Assembly: GCA_964016885.1 (NCBI GenBank)
Contig: CAXHJY010000075.1
Span: 175,159 to 239,158 of the forward strand
DNA from: Eledone cirrhosa
Taxonomy: Eukaryota
DNA: 64,000 bases
Reading direction: 5' to 3'
Each line of letters opens with the position of its first letter. Within the stretch, counting starts at the first letter, position 1. This document shows, piece after piece, positions 47,271-63,160 of this stretch. The notes under the pieces are model-generated. The model searched no databases. It had not been told where the DNA came from and saw nothing but the letters and a program-made list of their open reading frames with translations. A program made the position numbers and the translations under genes.

Positions 47271-47758
47271 AATAATAATACATTCGACAAAATGCATTGC
47301 AGTATATAGTTACTGCTTTTTAATATCTGAGTTCAAATCCCGCGGCCAGCTCGTGATAAAATAATGTACCAGTCAAGTACTGATCTCGATTCAATAGTGA
47401 TAAATTAGAAACCGTTATTAGTATTATTTGTAGTGCACGGAAAATATTTTTTTCAAGGGGTCTTAAAATGATAGCGATGACTTATAATACATACATTCAT
47501 TCATTCATGTATGCATACAAACATATATACATACATTCATGCATATATACATTTATGCAGGCATACATTCATGCATGCATAAATACATATAAACATCCAT
47601 TCATTCATGTATATACACATACAAGAATACATACTTTCATTCATACATATAAACATACATGCATTCGTGCATGCATACATAAATACATAAATACATACAT
47701 ATTTTAAAACGGACAGTGTTATAATTACTTATAAAATTTCGTCTTTATGCTGGCACTG

Positions 47759-47843
<85 letters not shown>

Positions 47844-47978
47844 GGGGAGGGTCATATTGTTGTAATAATATTGCCAGAAATAATAACAAAACACACTCAC
47901 TAAAGATATATATATATATATATATAGTAATAATAATAAATTTGAAGACTAAAATTTTGCTTAAACTTTAATCTGTTA

Positions 47979-48051
<73 letters not shown>

Positions 48052-48369
48052 CTGCGGCCATGCTGGATCACTAGCTTAAGGGTAGTTAGTTGTTTAGTCG
48101 ACCATTTGCATCCCGGTACTTATTCTTTCAAACTTTGGTGCTTATTTTAGGATTTTAAGGATCACATTCTTTTGTTTGTTTGTGTTGTTTTTGTCGAACA
48201 GCTGGGTTATGAGACATAAACGCAGAAACAGACACAAACGTATGCAAGTACATATTCCACAACCCGTAGCTATAGTCGAAGTTTGCTGGAACCACGTGGT
48301 TGCAAAGTGGGCCCCTTAACCCCACAGCCATGCTTACACCGAATATAACTAATAGTTCTAAGTGAAATT

Positions 48370-49410
<1,041 letters not shown>

Positions 49411-49559
49411 GTTTCGCGTATTAATGCATTTGTACTTACAAAAATAACGCACAATCCGAAAGAACTCAATAGTTGGCTACAATAAAATCATCGTGTATTA
49501 GTTATTAGCTCATGACAATCCATATGTGTGCGTGAGTGTGTGAGTGAGAGAGAAAGCGA

Positions 49560-49633
<74 letters not shown>

Positions 49634-50613
49634 GCGCGCTCGCGCGTGTGGCCCGCAGGCAAAGGTTGACTGACAGACAAATTGACTGTCCGATACTCAG
49701 AATCGAGTTTGCAAACACTCACATACGCACACACACACACATTTTAACAATCATAAACTTACTCATAGTAGGAAGCACTTGTACACAAACACACACACAC
49801 ACACTTTACACAATAGAATACAATAGAAATACAACAGTACAATACAATGCAATACACGTGCGCAATGACAGACGTAGTTGCTTGCACAGACAGACGCATA
49901 TATACACGCACGCATAGATAAACAAAGTAGAAAGAGTGAGACGGGGAAGGAGAAAGAGGCGGAGGGGGAGAGGGAAAAAAAGAGAGAAAGGGAGAGGGGA
50001 AGAAAGAGCGAGAGAGAGAGAAGGAGAGAGTGACACAGCTTGCGTGTATATGTGCGTATATTACCAGCTACAAGTATTTTTACCAGTCCTATTTTTGGAC
50101 TCGTCCAACAGAATGAAAAGCTGTAGCAGGGTTGAGACCATTTCATTGTAACCTTTAGAAATTTTGCGCATTATCCCTATAAAATAATAATTATTATTGT
50201 TTTCATAATCATTTAAAAATTTACTTGAATCTTTTTTTTTTTTTTACAAGAAGTCGTACACATACACACAAAATAAAAAACAGCAAGATTTTGTGTTTAA
50301 AAAAATCACAAACAAAGAATTAAATACGAGAAGAAATTAATATTTTTGCTCCTGTTTCTATTTTTCTTCCAAAATTATAATTATTTAAATATATAAAAAG
50401 AAACTACTACAGAACGAGAAAGGAAAACAAGATCGCAAAGAACCGAATCACATTTTAACCAAGTTGATATGTAAATATATTTCATTTTGCATATTATTAT
50501 TAAAACAAACACCTATAATATATCACAGACATACATAATAGTATTATTAGTAGTAATATTATTCTAATAAATCGCACTTTCTGCAAAAGAAGTAAAAATA
50601 CCAAAATCGAACC

Positions 50614-50637
50614 ATGGAAGACGAAGAATCTATCGAG
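50614..50637 (+). CDS. Candidate first coding exon of an unidentified host gene (MEDEESIE)
   Basis: ACCATGG Kozak context followed by GAG|GTGAGT, a consensus splice donor in phase 0, within a TE-free stretch. Confidence 0.5.
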
Positions 50638-51430
50638 GTGAGTTACTAAGTTACCCAAGTACATTTAAAAAAAAAAAAAAATGTTCTTTTATTTCATTTT
50701 TCTTTATGCTGGTTGTTACTTTGACTAAATGTTTTTTCTCTCTTTTTTCTTTCTGCGCTTTTTCTTTCCTTCTCCCTCTCCCGTTTTCATGTGTAATATA
50801 TATTATATCTACATATATAGCTTTCTCACTCACACGAGGATTTATTATACGCGAAACAAACCTGGGAAATTTCCATTGATATTTTAACTGTGTTGTGGGC
50901 GGGGGTTGTTTGATCAATGGTTGCGCCACTGCTGAAACTATCTCGCACACTCACATACACAAATTCTACGTTACCTTTTTCTCTTTCTTTTTATCTATTT
51001 ATCTAAATATTATTTCTTTCCTTCGTTCTTCCTCATTCTTTTATTTTTTTAATCATTTTTTTTAAAACTTGGTATTTTCCAGAGTAAATTTTTCAAAAAA
51101 AAAAGTTAAGATTTCGGAAAATTTTGATTTAATATTATTCTATCTTTTGCAAGCATAAACTATTTCTGTATATTTAATGATAAATTGATATTTTAATGAA
51201 CATGATATATATAAAAAGAAAACTAATAAAATAAATCGAACAACTTAAAGCATGTTTTATATTAAAACGTGTTCCTATAACTAATTAATATTGTAAAAGT
51301 TTTGTTTTCCTACACATTAGATATAATATATTAAAATTTAACATATTCAATGTATGTATAACATAAAAAACAATTTTTGGTCGTGCCTTTTCATTGTTTA
51401 TTCATTTTAATATAATTTTTCGGGCGGGGG

Positions 51431-51487
<57 letters not shown>

Positions 51488-52289
51488 TTTATATATATAT
51501 ATATATATATAATGTGTGTGTATATATAGCTATGTATATATATATATATATACGTATATATAATTTATATGTATGTGCATATATATATATATATATATAT
51601 ATGTAAGTGTTGAAGTTTCCATTGAAAAAGTCAGAGGAAGTGCTCTATATATATATGTATATATTTATATATATAAATGTATATATACGTATATATAATT
51701 ATATGTATGTATATTTATAATTATATATATATATATATATGTATATATATACACACACACACATCATACATACATACGTGTGTGTGTATGTGTGTGTGTA
51801 TATCGAGCGAAGGAAGGATTAGTTAGATGATGGAAAGTTTGTTTAAAATATTCCCAGATGTTATACGGTTTGCTTTACATATGGAGATGTAGATGTAAAA
51901 CAGAGAGACTGTATAACGATGTACGTTTGAGTGGATGTTTTTACTGTACGTTATTGTGCATGTATACCGATCAGTAATACTTTATATATATATATATATA
52001 TTTTTTTTACACACACACACGCACAATGCAATACGCAGACAGTTATAAATATTGCAGTCTATATGGAATGTATTATAACTTCCATATACATATGTATGTT
52101 GTATGTATGTAATGTATGCAGGTGCTTGTATGTATGTAATGTATGCAGCTGTATGTATATGCATGCCTGGAAAGTGCGTGTATATATGCAAACGTTTTTG
52201 CGAGTGTGATACGTTGTTTTAATATTTTTGTCTTTTTCTAAATGCTAAGTTTTAAGTGTGTGTGTGTGTATGTATGTCAATATATATAG

Positions 52290-52331
<42 letters not shown>

Positions 52332-53660
52332 ATTTTATATATAGATGCAGTACAATACGTGCATGCATTAGCGGTGTTTTATGTTATTCAGTGTAAACTG
52401 GTAATTGAGAAGGCCGGTATATGAATGTCTTTTTTTTTAAATGATATTTTTGCTTGTCTTATTTCATTTTAGTATGTTTTCCCGTATACTATTTGCCAGT
52501 GTCTCATATAAATACCATTTTAGCCAGCGTGTTATGTGTATATACTGTATACTATTTTAGTAATAAAAGCGAAGGCGCCACTCGCTCGTTCCTCGTCGTA
52601 TGGTTGCTGGTAATTCAATAGTGTTGTTCACTTTATGACAATAAAACATAATTTACAAGGAGCGTTTATATATATTATAATGAGTCTCATATGAAATGCG
52701 GTGAGCTTACATTACCACAATTAACTGAGATTATCTTTGATTTGGAGACAAGAATGCTTTTTTTGTGTGTATGTATATCTGTGTGTATGTATGTTTAAAT
52801 GTGTGTGTTTGTAAATTCAGTGTGTAAACCGATGATAACTGGTGATAAACAAAACATGATTAAATAATGTGTTTATAGCTATTTAGCTACAATTATAACT
52901 CTTAAACTATATAGCTATTACTGTGGTATAAATTCACATAGTTGTCAGCTAGATGACCTGCCGGCTTGTAAACGGTGTTGATGATGATGATGATGATGAT
53001 GGTGTAGATGATAGTGATAAACTTTACTAGTACTGTATTTCATTCACATGGTTATCAGCTAACTAGTACTGCATTTCATTCACATGGTTATCAGCTAACT
53101 AGATGACTAGCCGTTAATCTTCAAAATTGGTACCTGATATCACTGATGTTAATGATGATGCTGATACGGATGATAGTGATGGTAGATATAACTTCAGTGA
53201 TCTGAAATGTTGATACCCTGAATACGAGATTCGCAATATTATTAACATTGTCGCGATACCGAGATCTTGGTCTTTGGGTTGGCTGATGCAGTAATCTAAT
53301 TAAGACTGACTATATTAATCGATTGATTTGTTGCATCCCATTTAAGCTGTTAGAAGCTTAACAAAAGTCTTTATTCCGGTTCTCAGTTCATATTCCTGTT
53401 GAAAGGGGAAGACTGGGCCGAGTGAAAAGAACCAACATGTGCATCGGTGTATCTCTTTCTTCTTTCCCTTTCTTATACATACACAAACATAATTCCTGCT
53501 ATACCTGTTACTTTCTTTCATTGTCCATTCATATGCATGTAAATATGTATGTATATATTAGAAGTCCCTCTCCCCTCTGTATTAAACAGTTCAATATGCA
53601 TCTCCAAATGTTTTCGTAGACTGCCTAGATGATATAATGCAAAAATTAGTACTAAACAGC

Positions 53661-53704
<44 letters not shown>

Positions 53705-54030
53705 ACAATTAATGTTAATATATATATATGTGTATGAAGAACGACCCTTCGTTTAAATATAATTAGTTCTGTAATGAATTAATTAAATGATATAGAAAAA
53801 AAACCCAGCATATAAATTATAAAGCTTGAATAGATATATTTATCTATACATGTATTTTGTTACTTTACATGTATCTTGCACTGCAGAACATTCTCTTTAT
53901 CAGCTGTCGACTGAATATGACAACGGTTTTGACACCTTTCGACAGCCCCGATCCCAAGGAATGTCTTCATTTTTATTCATCCACACCCTAGCAAGCTTTC
54001 CCTGCCTCTTATCTATGCAGATTATATATA

Positions 54031-54380
54031 TATCATTTCATTTTCATCATTTCATTTTACGTTCGCTTTTTACCTGCTTGCAAGGGTGGGACGGGAACAG
54101 ATTCTGGCTTGATTTCTACAGCTGGATGCCCTTCCTAACACCAACCTCATTTACAGTGAGTGCTGGGTGCTTTTTTGCCGTGGCACCTCCACGGCCACTT
54201 TGCAGTGGAATGATAGGGACCCCAGTCTCTATCATCTCATTTCTACAGCTGAGTAAACTGGAGCAATGTGAAATAAAGTGTCTTGCTCAAGGAAACAACA
54301 CGTCACCCGGTCTGAGAATTGAACTCACAACCTTTCGATTGCAAGGCCAATGCTCTAACCACTAAGCCATGTGCCTCCAT
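54031..54380 (-). mobile_element. tRNA-derived SINE family 2 with RTE-like 3' tail
   Basis: TGGCTTAGTGGTTAGAGC and GAGTTCAATTC boxes. The tail motif AGGAAGGGCATCCAGCTGTAGAAA is shared with the RTE 3' UTR at 58200-58350. Confidence 0.82.
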
Positions 54381-54517
54381 ATATATATATATTATTCAAA
54401 ATATTAATAAATGGAGATATTTACATAATCAAAATATATGTTTTATTATATATATATTACTGCCAAGACTGAAATTGAATCAACACAGTTGAGGTATGTC
54501 ATACATCAATTCATATA

Positions 54518-54579
54518 TTTTATCTGATGAGGACGTACTGAAAGAACAGCACAGTACCTCCGAAATATATATAATAAAA
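54518..54579 (+). ncRNA. Type I hammerhead ribozyme motif in a pLTR-like repeat
   Basis: TTTTAT-CTGATGA-GGACGTACTG[loop]CAGTACCTCC-GAAA-TATATA-TA-ATAAAA. The downstream ~150 bp are homologous to 41805-41965. Confidence 0.75.
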
Positions 54580-54858
54580 CATTTTGATTATGTAAATGTA
54601 TCCATTTATTAATATTTTGAATAATATTAACTCCAGAAAACTTCTTTGTTGAGTGCTTTTAATCTATTGTAAAACTATATTCATTGAGTAATCAATGAAC
54701 CTTATTAACATTTGGTTATATATATATATATATTAATAAGGAGTTGACGGACCCAGCATATTTATCAATGCCAGGACCGGTTGTATCTCAGCGTACTTCA
54801 TGGGCAATGTAAGATGCACTCTCAGAGTATACAGTTATTGACTTCAATACAACACACG

Positions 54859-54914
<56 letters not shown>

Positions 54915-55149
54915 TTATACACATTTTACATGCATAGATGTATGTTAAAAATGTAATACATAGGAGTGGATTCTCGATGGGTACCGGGAGGTGAACACAA
55001 ATAAAAAGGGTATTCAATATGTTAGTAGAGTATAAACACCTTTATTTTATGTAGAAATGATGACTTCTACACGACTAGAACTGTTTCATTTGTATGGAAT
55101 CATAAGATTTCATACGAATGACATAGTTATGATCCTGCCTGTAGAAGTC

Positions 55150-55194
<45 letters not shown>

Positions 55195-55609
55195 GAGAGA
55201 GAGCGAGAGAGGGGGGGGGGGTACAAACTCGGGGAAAGTCAGCCGTAGAAGTTTAAACAACATAAAAAATAAAGAAAAGCATCTGAAACTTTTCCATGTT
55301 TTCTGGGTAATTTCTCATCTCTACATAAATCAACATTTATTAACAAAGTTTCTATCCTGTTAGAATTTTACCGTTTTCTTTTGCCTTCATTTTTTATTTA
55401 TATATTTCGAATAATCATTTCATGTTTAGTGTGATTTGACTTTACTGTGTCTAGTACCCCATTTTTTTATATCTGGGACTACTGGACTTGTGAGTTGCTC
55501 TTAAAACAATCGATCAGCTATTGTGCGTGTGCACACTTGCATGCATGTGAGTGTGTATGTATGTATATATGTATGTATGTATGTGTATGTATGTATGTAT
55601 GTATATATG

Positions 55610-55643
<34 letters not shown>

Positions 55644-56380
55644 ATATATATATATGATGTGTGTGTGGGGGGGGGGGGTTACTAGTTACGACTAGTAATA
55701 CCATTTAACTTAGTTACTCTCTATTTAAGAAAAGTAGACTAGATAATATAAGGGTGCTGTTTCCTATTAAGTTTTTACAGTTTTGATAGCAAATGAGGAA
55801 CCGTAAAAATTTAACTGAAGGGCAGAAAATCTTTAAAATATATACAAGTCGAATTGAAACAAGACATAAGCACGGGGACGAACGAATAAGGGACTGATAC
55901 GAACATGGTAACATGAACAAGATAATTCCTTGGTCATTGCCTGTTGAAATGGATCTAACAGTTTCACTCCTTATCGATAGCACTGCTTGTTGCATTCGGG
56001 GTCAAGTGTCTGACATAATAGGGTGAGGATAGAAATTAAAAATACAGTACAGTACAGAAAGCAAGCATTAATAGTAACAGGCATTAATGATAAAGTAAAC
56101 AAAACAAAATAAAGAAACTAAACCACCGCCATCATTACGGCAATTATTGGACAATTGTGGGAGAACCCTCTCCGACGTGTACAACCCTGGGCGCATTCTG
56201 CCTCATGGTCCCAGCAGACTGTTATATTTCGAACATGCATACATAATCTTTATTTTATAATCATCAGCTTAGTTTTCCTACGTTGCATTTCTTTTTATTT
56301 GTTTAGAATACTGTATATGTAATGGTAGGTATTTGCATTCCCCTAGATAGTATTTTTATTTTAAGAAATAATTAAAAGAA

Positions 56381-56755
56381 AGGGCGGTGGATTGGCAGTA
56401 TCGGTAGAGTGTTAGGCTATGCTTTTCAGCATACAGTTACGTCCCTTTACGTTCTAAGCTCAAATCCCACCGAAGTTAGCATTTCCTTTCATCCTTACAG
56501 GGTCGATTTAATTGACGTTCCCCATCCCACAATTGTTGACCTTGTGCCTAAAGTAGAAACAATTATTATTATTATATTGTACTCAATATGCGGTTGATTG
56601 GCAGTATCGGTAGAGCGTCAAACACTATGCTCTCCGAGTTCTAATCCCGCTAAGGTTAACTTCGCCTCTTTATCCTTACGGGGCCGATAAAATAAAGTAC
56701 CAGTAATGTACCGTGGTAATTGCTGGCCTTGTGCCAAAAGTAGAAATAATTATAT
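56381..56755 (+). mobile_element. Two tandem SINE family 1 copies
   Basis: Heads at ~56381 and ~56589; tails CCTTGTGCC(T/A)AAAGTAGAAA..ATT. Confidence 0.78.
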
Positions 56756-57324
56756 TGTACACAATATTATATAGCAATATTCAATGATTTTCACAGTACG
56801 TGAAAATCCAACAGGATCTTTTTGATATATACTTATTACCAATATCAAGTATCACGGAACTCACCGAGTCCGACACAACTAATGAATACCTCAAGCATGT
56901 TTTTCCTGTAATTCGCTATTTTTCTGTTTATTTAAAAATATGCCCCTGGTAAATACTAACCTCACACAGCTGACTCCCTTTCTCGGCGGATTTGATGATT
57001 CATGCTTTCTCACCTCTTTCTCCCTACTACAGATCATTCCACGCTACTACTATCCTCTTCGATTACATTAACTTTTACCTTTTCTAGTACTAGCAAGCAT
57101 TTCTTTCTCTCTAAGAATGAAAAGAACATACTATAGTTTAACTCTCATCTTTCTTCCTTCTAGTTTCTAATATCCTTTATTGTGTCACAGATGTCTTTTT
57201 ATAATGTTTGTCGTCGTGTATTCTATTACAATATTTCATAAAATCGATGCATGGACTAATACTACCGGACCGGAAAGGAGAAACTGTGCAGTGGCTCTCG
57301 CAGACACAGCTTTGAATAAATAAT

Positions 57325-57361
<37 letters not shown>

Positions 57362-57617
57362 GTGTGTGTATTTGTATGATATAGATAGATACACACTCAT
57401 ATCTATAGACACATGTATACACACACCATATGGATCAACATATCCTTCGTAATATCAGGCAAAATACTCACATCGTACATAAGAAATAAACATGTATTTA
57501 GAGTTTAATATATGCATTTTATATATATATATATATATATTATGGAATACTGTTGGCTTCTTGCTACAATACTTTCTATACCTTTCATTTATATATATAC
57601 ATATATATATATATATA

Positions 57618-57962
57618 ATCATCATCATCATCATCCTTTTTCTGTCCGCCTTTCCCTGCTTGCAAGAGTAGGACGGGAACTGATTCTGGCTTGATTTCTA
57701 CAGCTGTATGCCCTTCCTAACACCAATCTCATTTACAGTGAGTGCTGGGTGCTTTTTTGCCGTGGCACCTCCACGACCACTTTGCAGTGGAATAATAGGG
57801 ACCCCAGTCCCTATCATCTCATTTCTACAGCTCAGTAAACTGGAGCAATGTGAAATAAAGTGTCATGATCAAGGAAACCACACATCACCCGGTCTGAGAA
57901 TTGAACTCACAACCTTTCGATTGCAAGGCCAATGCTCTAACCACTAAGCCATGTACCTCCAT
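57618..57962 (-). mobile_element. SINE family 2, close paralogue of 54031-54380
   Basis: Collinear, with a (GAT)n tail. Confidence 0.82.
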
Positions 57963-58004
57963 ATATATAATGAAATAATTATCTTATGTTGTTTATTACA
58001 TAAC

Positions 58005-58066
<62 letters not shown>

Positions 58067-58088
58067 CATACATATATATATATATATA

Positions 58089-58890
58089 CATCATCATCAT
58101 CATCATCAGGTTTAGCGTCCGTGTTCCACGCTTGCATGGGTTTGGACGGGGGTTTTCCCACTTGAGGCAAGAGTGGTTGTCTTGCTCGCATAGGACTGTC
58201 TGGCGGGTTTTCTACAGTTGGATGCCCTTCCTAACACCAACCACATTTACAGTGTGGGGCTGGGAGGTTTTTACCGTGTTGCCTACACGGCCACATTACA
58301 GCGTGGACTGTCTGGCGGGTTTTCTACAGCTGGATGCCCTTCCTAACACCAACCACATTTACAGTGTGGGGCTGGGAGGTTTTTACCGTGTTGCCTACAC
58401 GGCCACATTTACAGCGTGGACTGTGTGTTTTTTGTCGTGACACCTACACGATCTCATTTGTTTCGGCCTGGATGTTGTGGGACCAACATAACTTTACATT
58501 GAAAGGGGCGGTGTGGGTGGGGTGGAGGTGGTGGGACGGGGGTGTGTTTTGATAGAGGTGCCTACTGACTGTAGTAGGTTTTTACTTTGTATTTAGGTAA
58601 GGCGGGTCTTCTCTATTACTGAGTACCGCCAAAGGTCTCGGTCCAGTGACATTGTCTTGGAGAGGTGTAAGCGTGTGAGGTCGGAATTTATCAGCTCGTC
58701 CCATGTTTTTCTGGGTCTGCCTACTCCGTGGCTACCGTCTATCTTTATTGCCCTGCACTTTGTTATACAGCTGTCGTCTTTCATGCGCATCACGTGACCG
58801 TACCAACGTAGCCTTCTCTCGAGTAAACAACATCTGATCCCTCTTATTTCTAATTTTTTCCTTAGTTCGTTTATGCTTTGCCGTTCACGT
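58089..58890 (-). mobile_element. RTE LINE 3' fragment with an internal ~113-bp tandem duplication in the 3' UTR and a (GAT)n tail
   Basis: [25 protein letters not shown]; repeat units at ~58193-58305 and ~58306-58424. Confidence 0.82.
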
Positions 58891-58918
58891 ATATTCACGT
58901 ATATATATATATATATAT

Positions 58919-58995
<77 letters not shown>

Positions 58996-59024
58996 CTTAT
59001 ATATATATATATATATATACACAT

Positions 59025-59322
<298 letters not shown>

Positions 59323-59337
59323 CATATATATATATAC

Positions 59338-59370
<33 letters not shown>

Positions 59371-59377
59371 CATATAT

Positions 59378-59436
<59 letters not shown>

Positions 59437-59665
59437 CTATTTTTTGATACCCAGATTCCTGATGATTTCTAATGAATGAAACAGTTCTAGTCCTGTAGAA
59501 TCTCATCTATATTAAAACTGTTATACTCTGCTATGTATTGAGTACCTTACTTACTGTGGTTACCTCCGATTCAACCCGGAATAACGTATATATATACATA
59601 TATATATATACATATATATATACATATATATATATATATACATATATATACATATATATATATAC

Positions 59666-59756
<91 letters not shown>

Positions 59757-59783
59757 CATATATATATACATATATATATATAC

Positions 59784-59828
<45 letters not shown>

Positions 59829-59887
59829 TATATACATATATATATACATATATATATACATATATATATATACATATATATATATAC

Positions 59888-59954
<67 letters not shown>

Positions 59955-60019
59955 CATATATACATATACATATATATATATATACATATATATACATATA
60001 TATATATACATATATATAT

Positions 60020-60064
<45 letters not shown>

Positions 60065-60075
60065 CATATATATAC

Positions 60076-60106
<31 letters not shown>

Positions 60107-60107
60107 C

Positions 60108-63086
60108 CAGGGGCCTGGTGAAACTCAGCACAGGGGCCTGGTGAAACTCAGCAACATGAGTAAAATTTCCTACCTGGGAGACTTAGCCATAAGCAATCAA
60201 GCACTATGCATGGCACTAACCGAAACGCACCTGACAAGCAGTATAGCAGATGCAGAAATACATATACCGAAATATACTGTATTTCGTTCGGACAGGAAGG
60301 AGAGAACTCATGGTGGGGTTGCTCTGTATATCCGTGAAGATGTCACACCAATTGTTCTGTTGACACATTCAAACTCAGTCTGTGACACACTGATAATACA
60401 TATGAAGCAACTACAGACGGTAATATGTGTCACATATCGGCCGCCCGATGCCCCCAGTCATGAGGGTAAATTTGAGGATAGCCTAAGTAGGATAGAAGAG
60501 GTCCTTGACAAACTGGACCAGGGTCTCAACATCCTACTGCTGGGAGACTTCAACCTACCAAAGGTCAAATGGCCTGAGGGCCACCTCCTCCCTGGAATGA
60601 CGTCAATAGAACAGAGACAGACGGAATCCCTGCTGGCCCTCACACACAGGCTGTTCATGGAGCAAGCAATACTCCTCCCAACAAGAGGCGAAAATGTCCT
60701 GGACCTCTGTTTTACAAACAACGAAGTGCTCATCCACAATGTAAAGGTGACACCAACAATTCTCTCGGATCATAACTTGGTAGAGCTAATGATATGTGGT
60801 CCAAGAGAACCAACAGAGACAAAACCACCAAGAAGCTCCGGGACGCTATCCAGCCTTAACTTCTACGGGGCTGACTGGAAGAAGATTAAGAGTGAAATCC
60901 GGAAGCAAACATGGAGTGCAAACATCGCCACACAAGACACTAACACACAATTTCAACACTTCATGACAACGATACACACCATATGCAAAAAGTGTGTCCC
61001 GGAGAAAGAGGCAAACAGACACAAAAATCTTATTCCCAGAGATAGGAAAATCCTTATGAGACGTAGAACTAAACTCTCAAACCAGTTGAATAGTCAACAA
61101 AACCAAAACAAGAAGGAATCCTATTTGAAACGTGCACTACTTGACACCGAGATTGCACTCAAGCTTTCACATGAGAATGAGAGGGCAAGGAAAGAGAACA
61201 GGGCCATAGAAAACATTAAAACAAACCCTAAGGCCTTCTTTAAATTTGCAAAAGAAACTGCCTCAGTACACTGCAAGATTGGACCACTCTTCCACACGGA
61301 CGGTTCATTAACCGAAAATCCCCAAGAGATATGTGAAATACTGAATGAACAGTACAAAAGTGTCTTCACATGTCCACTGAGGCACATGCAAATAACGAAG
61401 CCAGAGGAGTTCTTTGATGCCACAACACTACATCAAGAAATGGCAACCATCAACCACATAGACATAACGGAGGAGGATGTGGTGTACGCCATTGATGAAA
61501 TTAGAACAGACTCGGCTGCTGGACCTGATGGATTCCCAGCAGTTCTCCTAAAAATATGTAAGCGGGCCTTAGCAACTCCACTGAAGATGCTCTTCAGAAG
61601 CTCCTTGGCTAGCGGTGTACTACCCAGGGAGCTGAAAGAAGGCACAATATGCCCTATCCATAAAGGAGGTAGTAGAGCGGAGGCCAAGAACTATAGGCCA
61701 GTCTCCCTGACGTCGCATATCAGTAAGGTCATGGAGCGAGTCGTCAGAAAGAAACTAATCACTTTCCTCGAAGAAAATGACCGCCTGACTAGCACGCAAC
61801 ATGGCTTCCGCCCAGGAAGAAGCTGCCTTACACAGCTGCTACATCACTACGACTGGGTACTGAGACAGCTACTAGACAGCTCACATGTAGACGTGATATA
61901 TCTTGACTTTGCGAAGGCCTTTGACAAGGTCGACCACGGAATGATATGTCACAAACTACACGGACTCGGCATAACTGGAAAAGTAGGTGAGTGGCTGCAT
62001 GGCTTCCTGAGGGACAGAAGCCAGGCAGTCGCAGCAAATGGGGCTCTCTCGAGGGAAACACCGATAACAAGTGGGGTGCCTCAGGGGACAGTCCTGGGAC
62101 CACTACTGTTTTTGGTGGCTCTCTCGGACATGCCCTCTGTGGTGCATGCAACAACATCCCTCACTAGCTATGCTGATGACACTAAGGTAGCACAGGCAAT
62201 CAAAAACCCGGCTGACACTGCCCTCTTACAGCAGGATCTGGATGCCATATACAGATGGGCGGAAGAAAACAACATGCAGTTTAATGCTGGCAAATTCCAA
62301 GCCCTACAATACAAACCTGCAAACACAAACACAAATATAGCGGAACACAGCTACACAGGACCAGGAGGGACCGATATCCCCGTGTCAAAATCGATACGAG
62401 ACCTGGGCATAGACATGAGCGATGATGCATCTTTTTCTTCACACATCATGAAGGTGGCGACAGCATGTAGACGATTCGCTGGCTGGATCTTGAGGACTTT
62501 CCTTACAAGAGATCGAGACACCATGTTGACACTGTGGAGGACTTTTGTCCTAAGCCGCCTGGACTACTGCTCCCAGCTGTGGTCACCCCATAGTGTCAAA
62601 CTAACCACAGAGCTTGAGGCAATCCAGCGAAGCTACACCAAGAGGATTGCCAAGATGAGGGAGACAAGCTACTGGGAGAGGCTGAAGGAACTGAACCTCT
62701 ACTCCTTGGAGCGAAGACGGGAGAGATACGCAGTGATCTACATGTGGAAAATCCTGGAGGGACTAGCACCAAACTTTGGCATTGGGAGCTGGACCAACCG
62801 TCGAACAGGACGTCACTGTGTGGTGCCAAAGGTCCCGTCTTCCACATCTAGAATAAGGAGCAGGTATTGCAATAGCCTGGGATTCAAGGGCCCTCAACTC
62901 TTCAACAGGCTGCCGAGGCATCTGCGAGACTTGCATGACGTGGAGGTGGATGTCTTTAAGAAACATCTCGACACCTTGTTATCCAGGATCCCGGATGAGC
63001 CCACAGCAAGACATGAGGGAAACCTAAGGGCAGCAGCAACAAACTCCCTCCTACACCAGTGGCCAACCTATACAGGCTGGAGATAA
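60108..63086 (+). CDS. Uninterrupted APE endonuclease-reverse transcriptase ORF (~990 codons; first in-frame ATG at 60156)
   Basis: [73 protein letters not shown], with no stops. Confidence 0.9.
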   Translation, partial: QGPGETQHRGLVKLSNMSKISYLGDLAISNQALCMALTETHLTSSIADAEIHIPKYTVFRSDRKERTHGGVALYIREDVTPIVLLTHSNSVCDTLIIHMKQLQTVICVTYRPPDAPSHEGKFEDSLSRIEEVLDKLDQGLNILLLGDFNLPKVKWPEGHLLPGMTSIEQRQTESLLALTHRLFMEQAILLPTRGENVLDLCFTNNEVLIHNVKVTPTILSDHNLVELMICGPREPTETKPPRSSGTLSSLNFYGADWKKIKSEIRKQTWSANIATQDTNTQFQHFMTTIHTICKKCVPEKEANRHKNLIPRDRKILMRRRTKLSNQLNSQQNQNKKESYLKRALLDTEIALKLSHENERARKENRAIENIKTNPKAFFKFAKETASVHCKIGPLFHTDGSLTENPQEICEILNEQYKSVFTCPLRHMQITKPEEFFDATTLHQEMATINHIDITEEDVVYAIDEIRTDSAAGPDGFPAVLLKICKRALATPLKMLFRSSLASGVLPRELKEGTICPIHKGGSRAEAKNYRPVSLTSHISKVMERVVRKKLITFLEENDRLTSTQHGFRPGRSCLTQLLHHYDWVLRQLLDSSHVDVIYLDFAKAFDKVDHGMICHKLHGLGITGKVGEWLHGFLRDRSQAVAANGALSRETPITSGVPQGTVLGPLLFLVALSDMPSVVHATTSLTSYADDTKVAQAIKNPADTALLQQDLDAIYRWAEENNMQFNAGKFQALQYKPANTNTNIAEHSYTGPGGTDIPVSKSIRDLGIDMSDDASFSSHIMKVATACRRFAGWILRTFLTRDRDTMLTLWRTFVLSRLDYCSQLWSPHSVKLTTELEAIQRSYTKRIAKMRETSYWERLKELNLYSLERRRERYAVIYMWKILEGLAPNFGIGSWTNRRTGRHCVVPKVPSSTSRIRSRYCNSLGFKGPQLFNRLPRHLRDLHDVEVDVFKKHLDTLLSRIPDEPTARHEGNLRAAATNSLLHQWPTYTGWR

Positions 63087-63160
63087 AGTGTGTAGCAGCA
63101 AGGGCGGTGCCCCAGCATGGCCTCAGCCGGATGGCTGAAACAGGTAAAAGAGTAAAAGAG
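60108..63160 (+). mobile_element. CR1-clade LINE, 5'-truncated at the start of ORF2, inserted in (TA)n
   Basis: APE + RT ORF followed by a short tail GGTGCCCCAGCATGGCC..GAAACAGG(TAAAAGAG)2. Confidence 0.9.

Noticed and set aside
59538-60107. YI-repeat N-terminus of the 1182-aa ORF
   Set aside because: It is a translation of (TA)n/(TACA), which lacks stop codons. The real coding signal starts at 60108.
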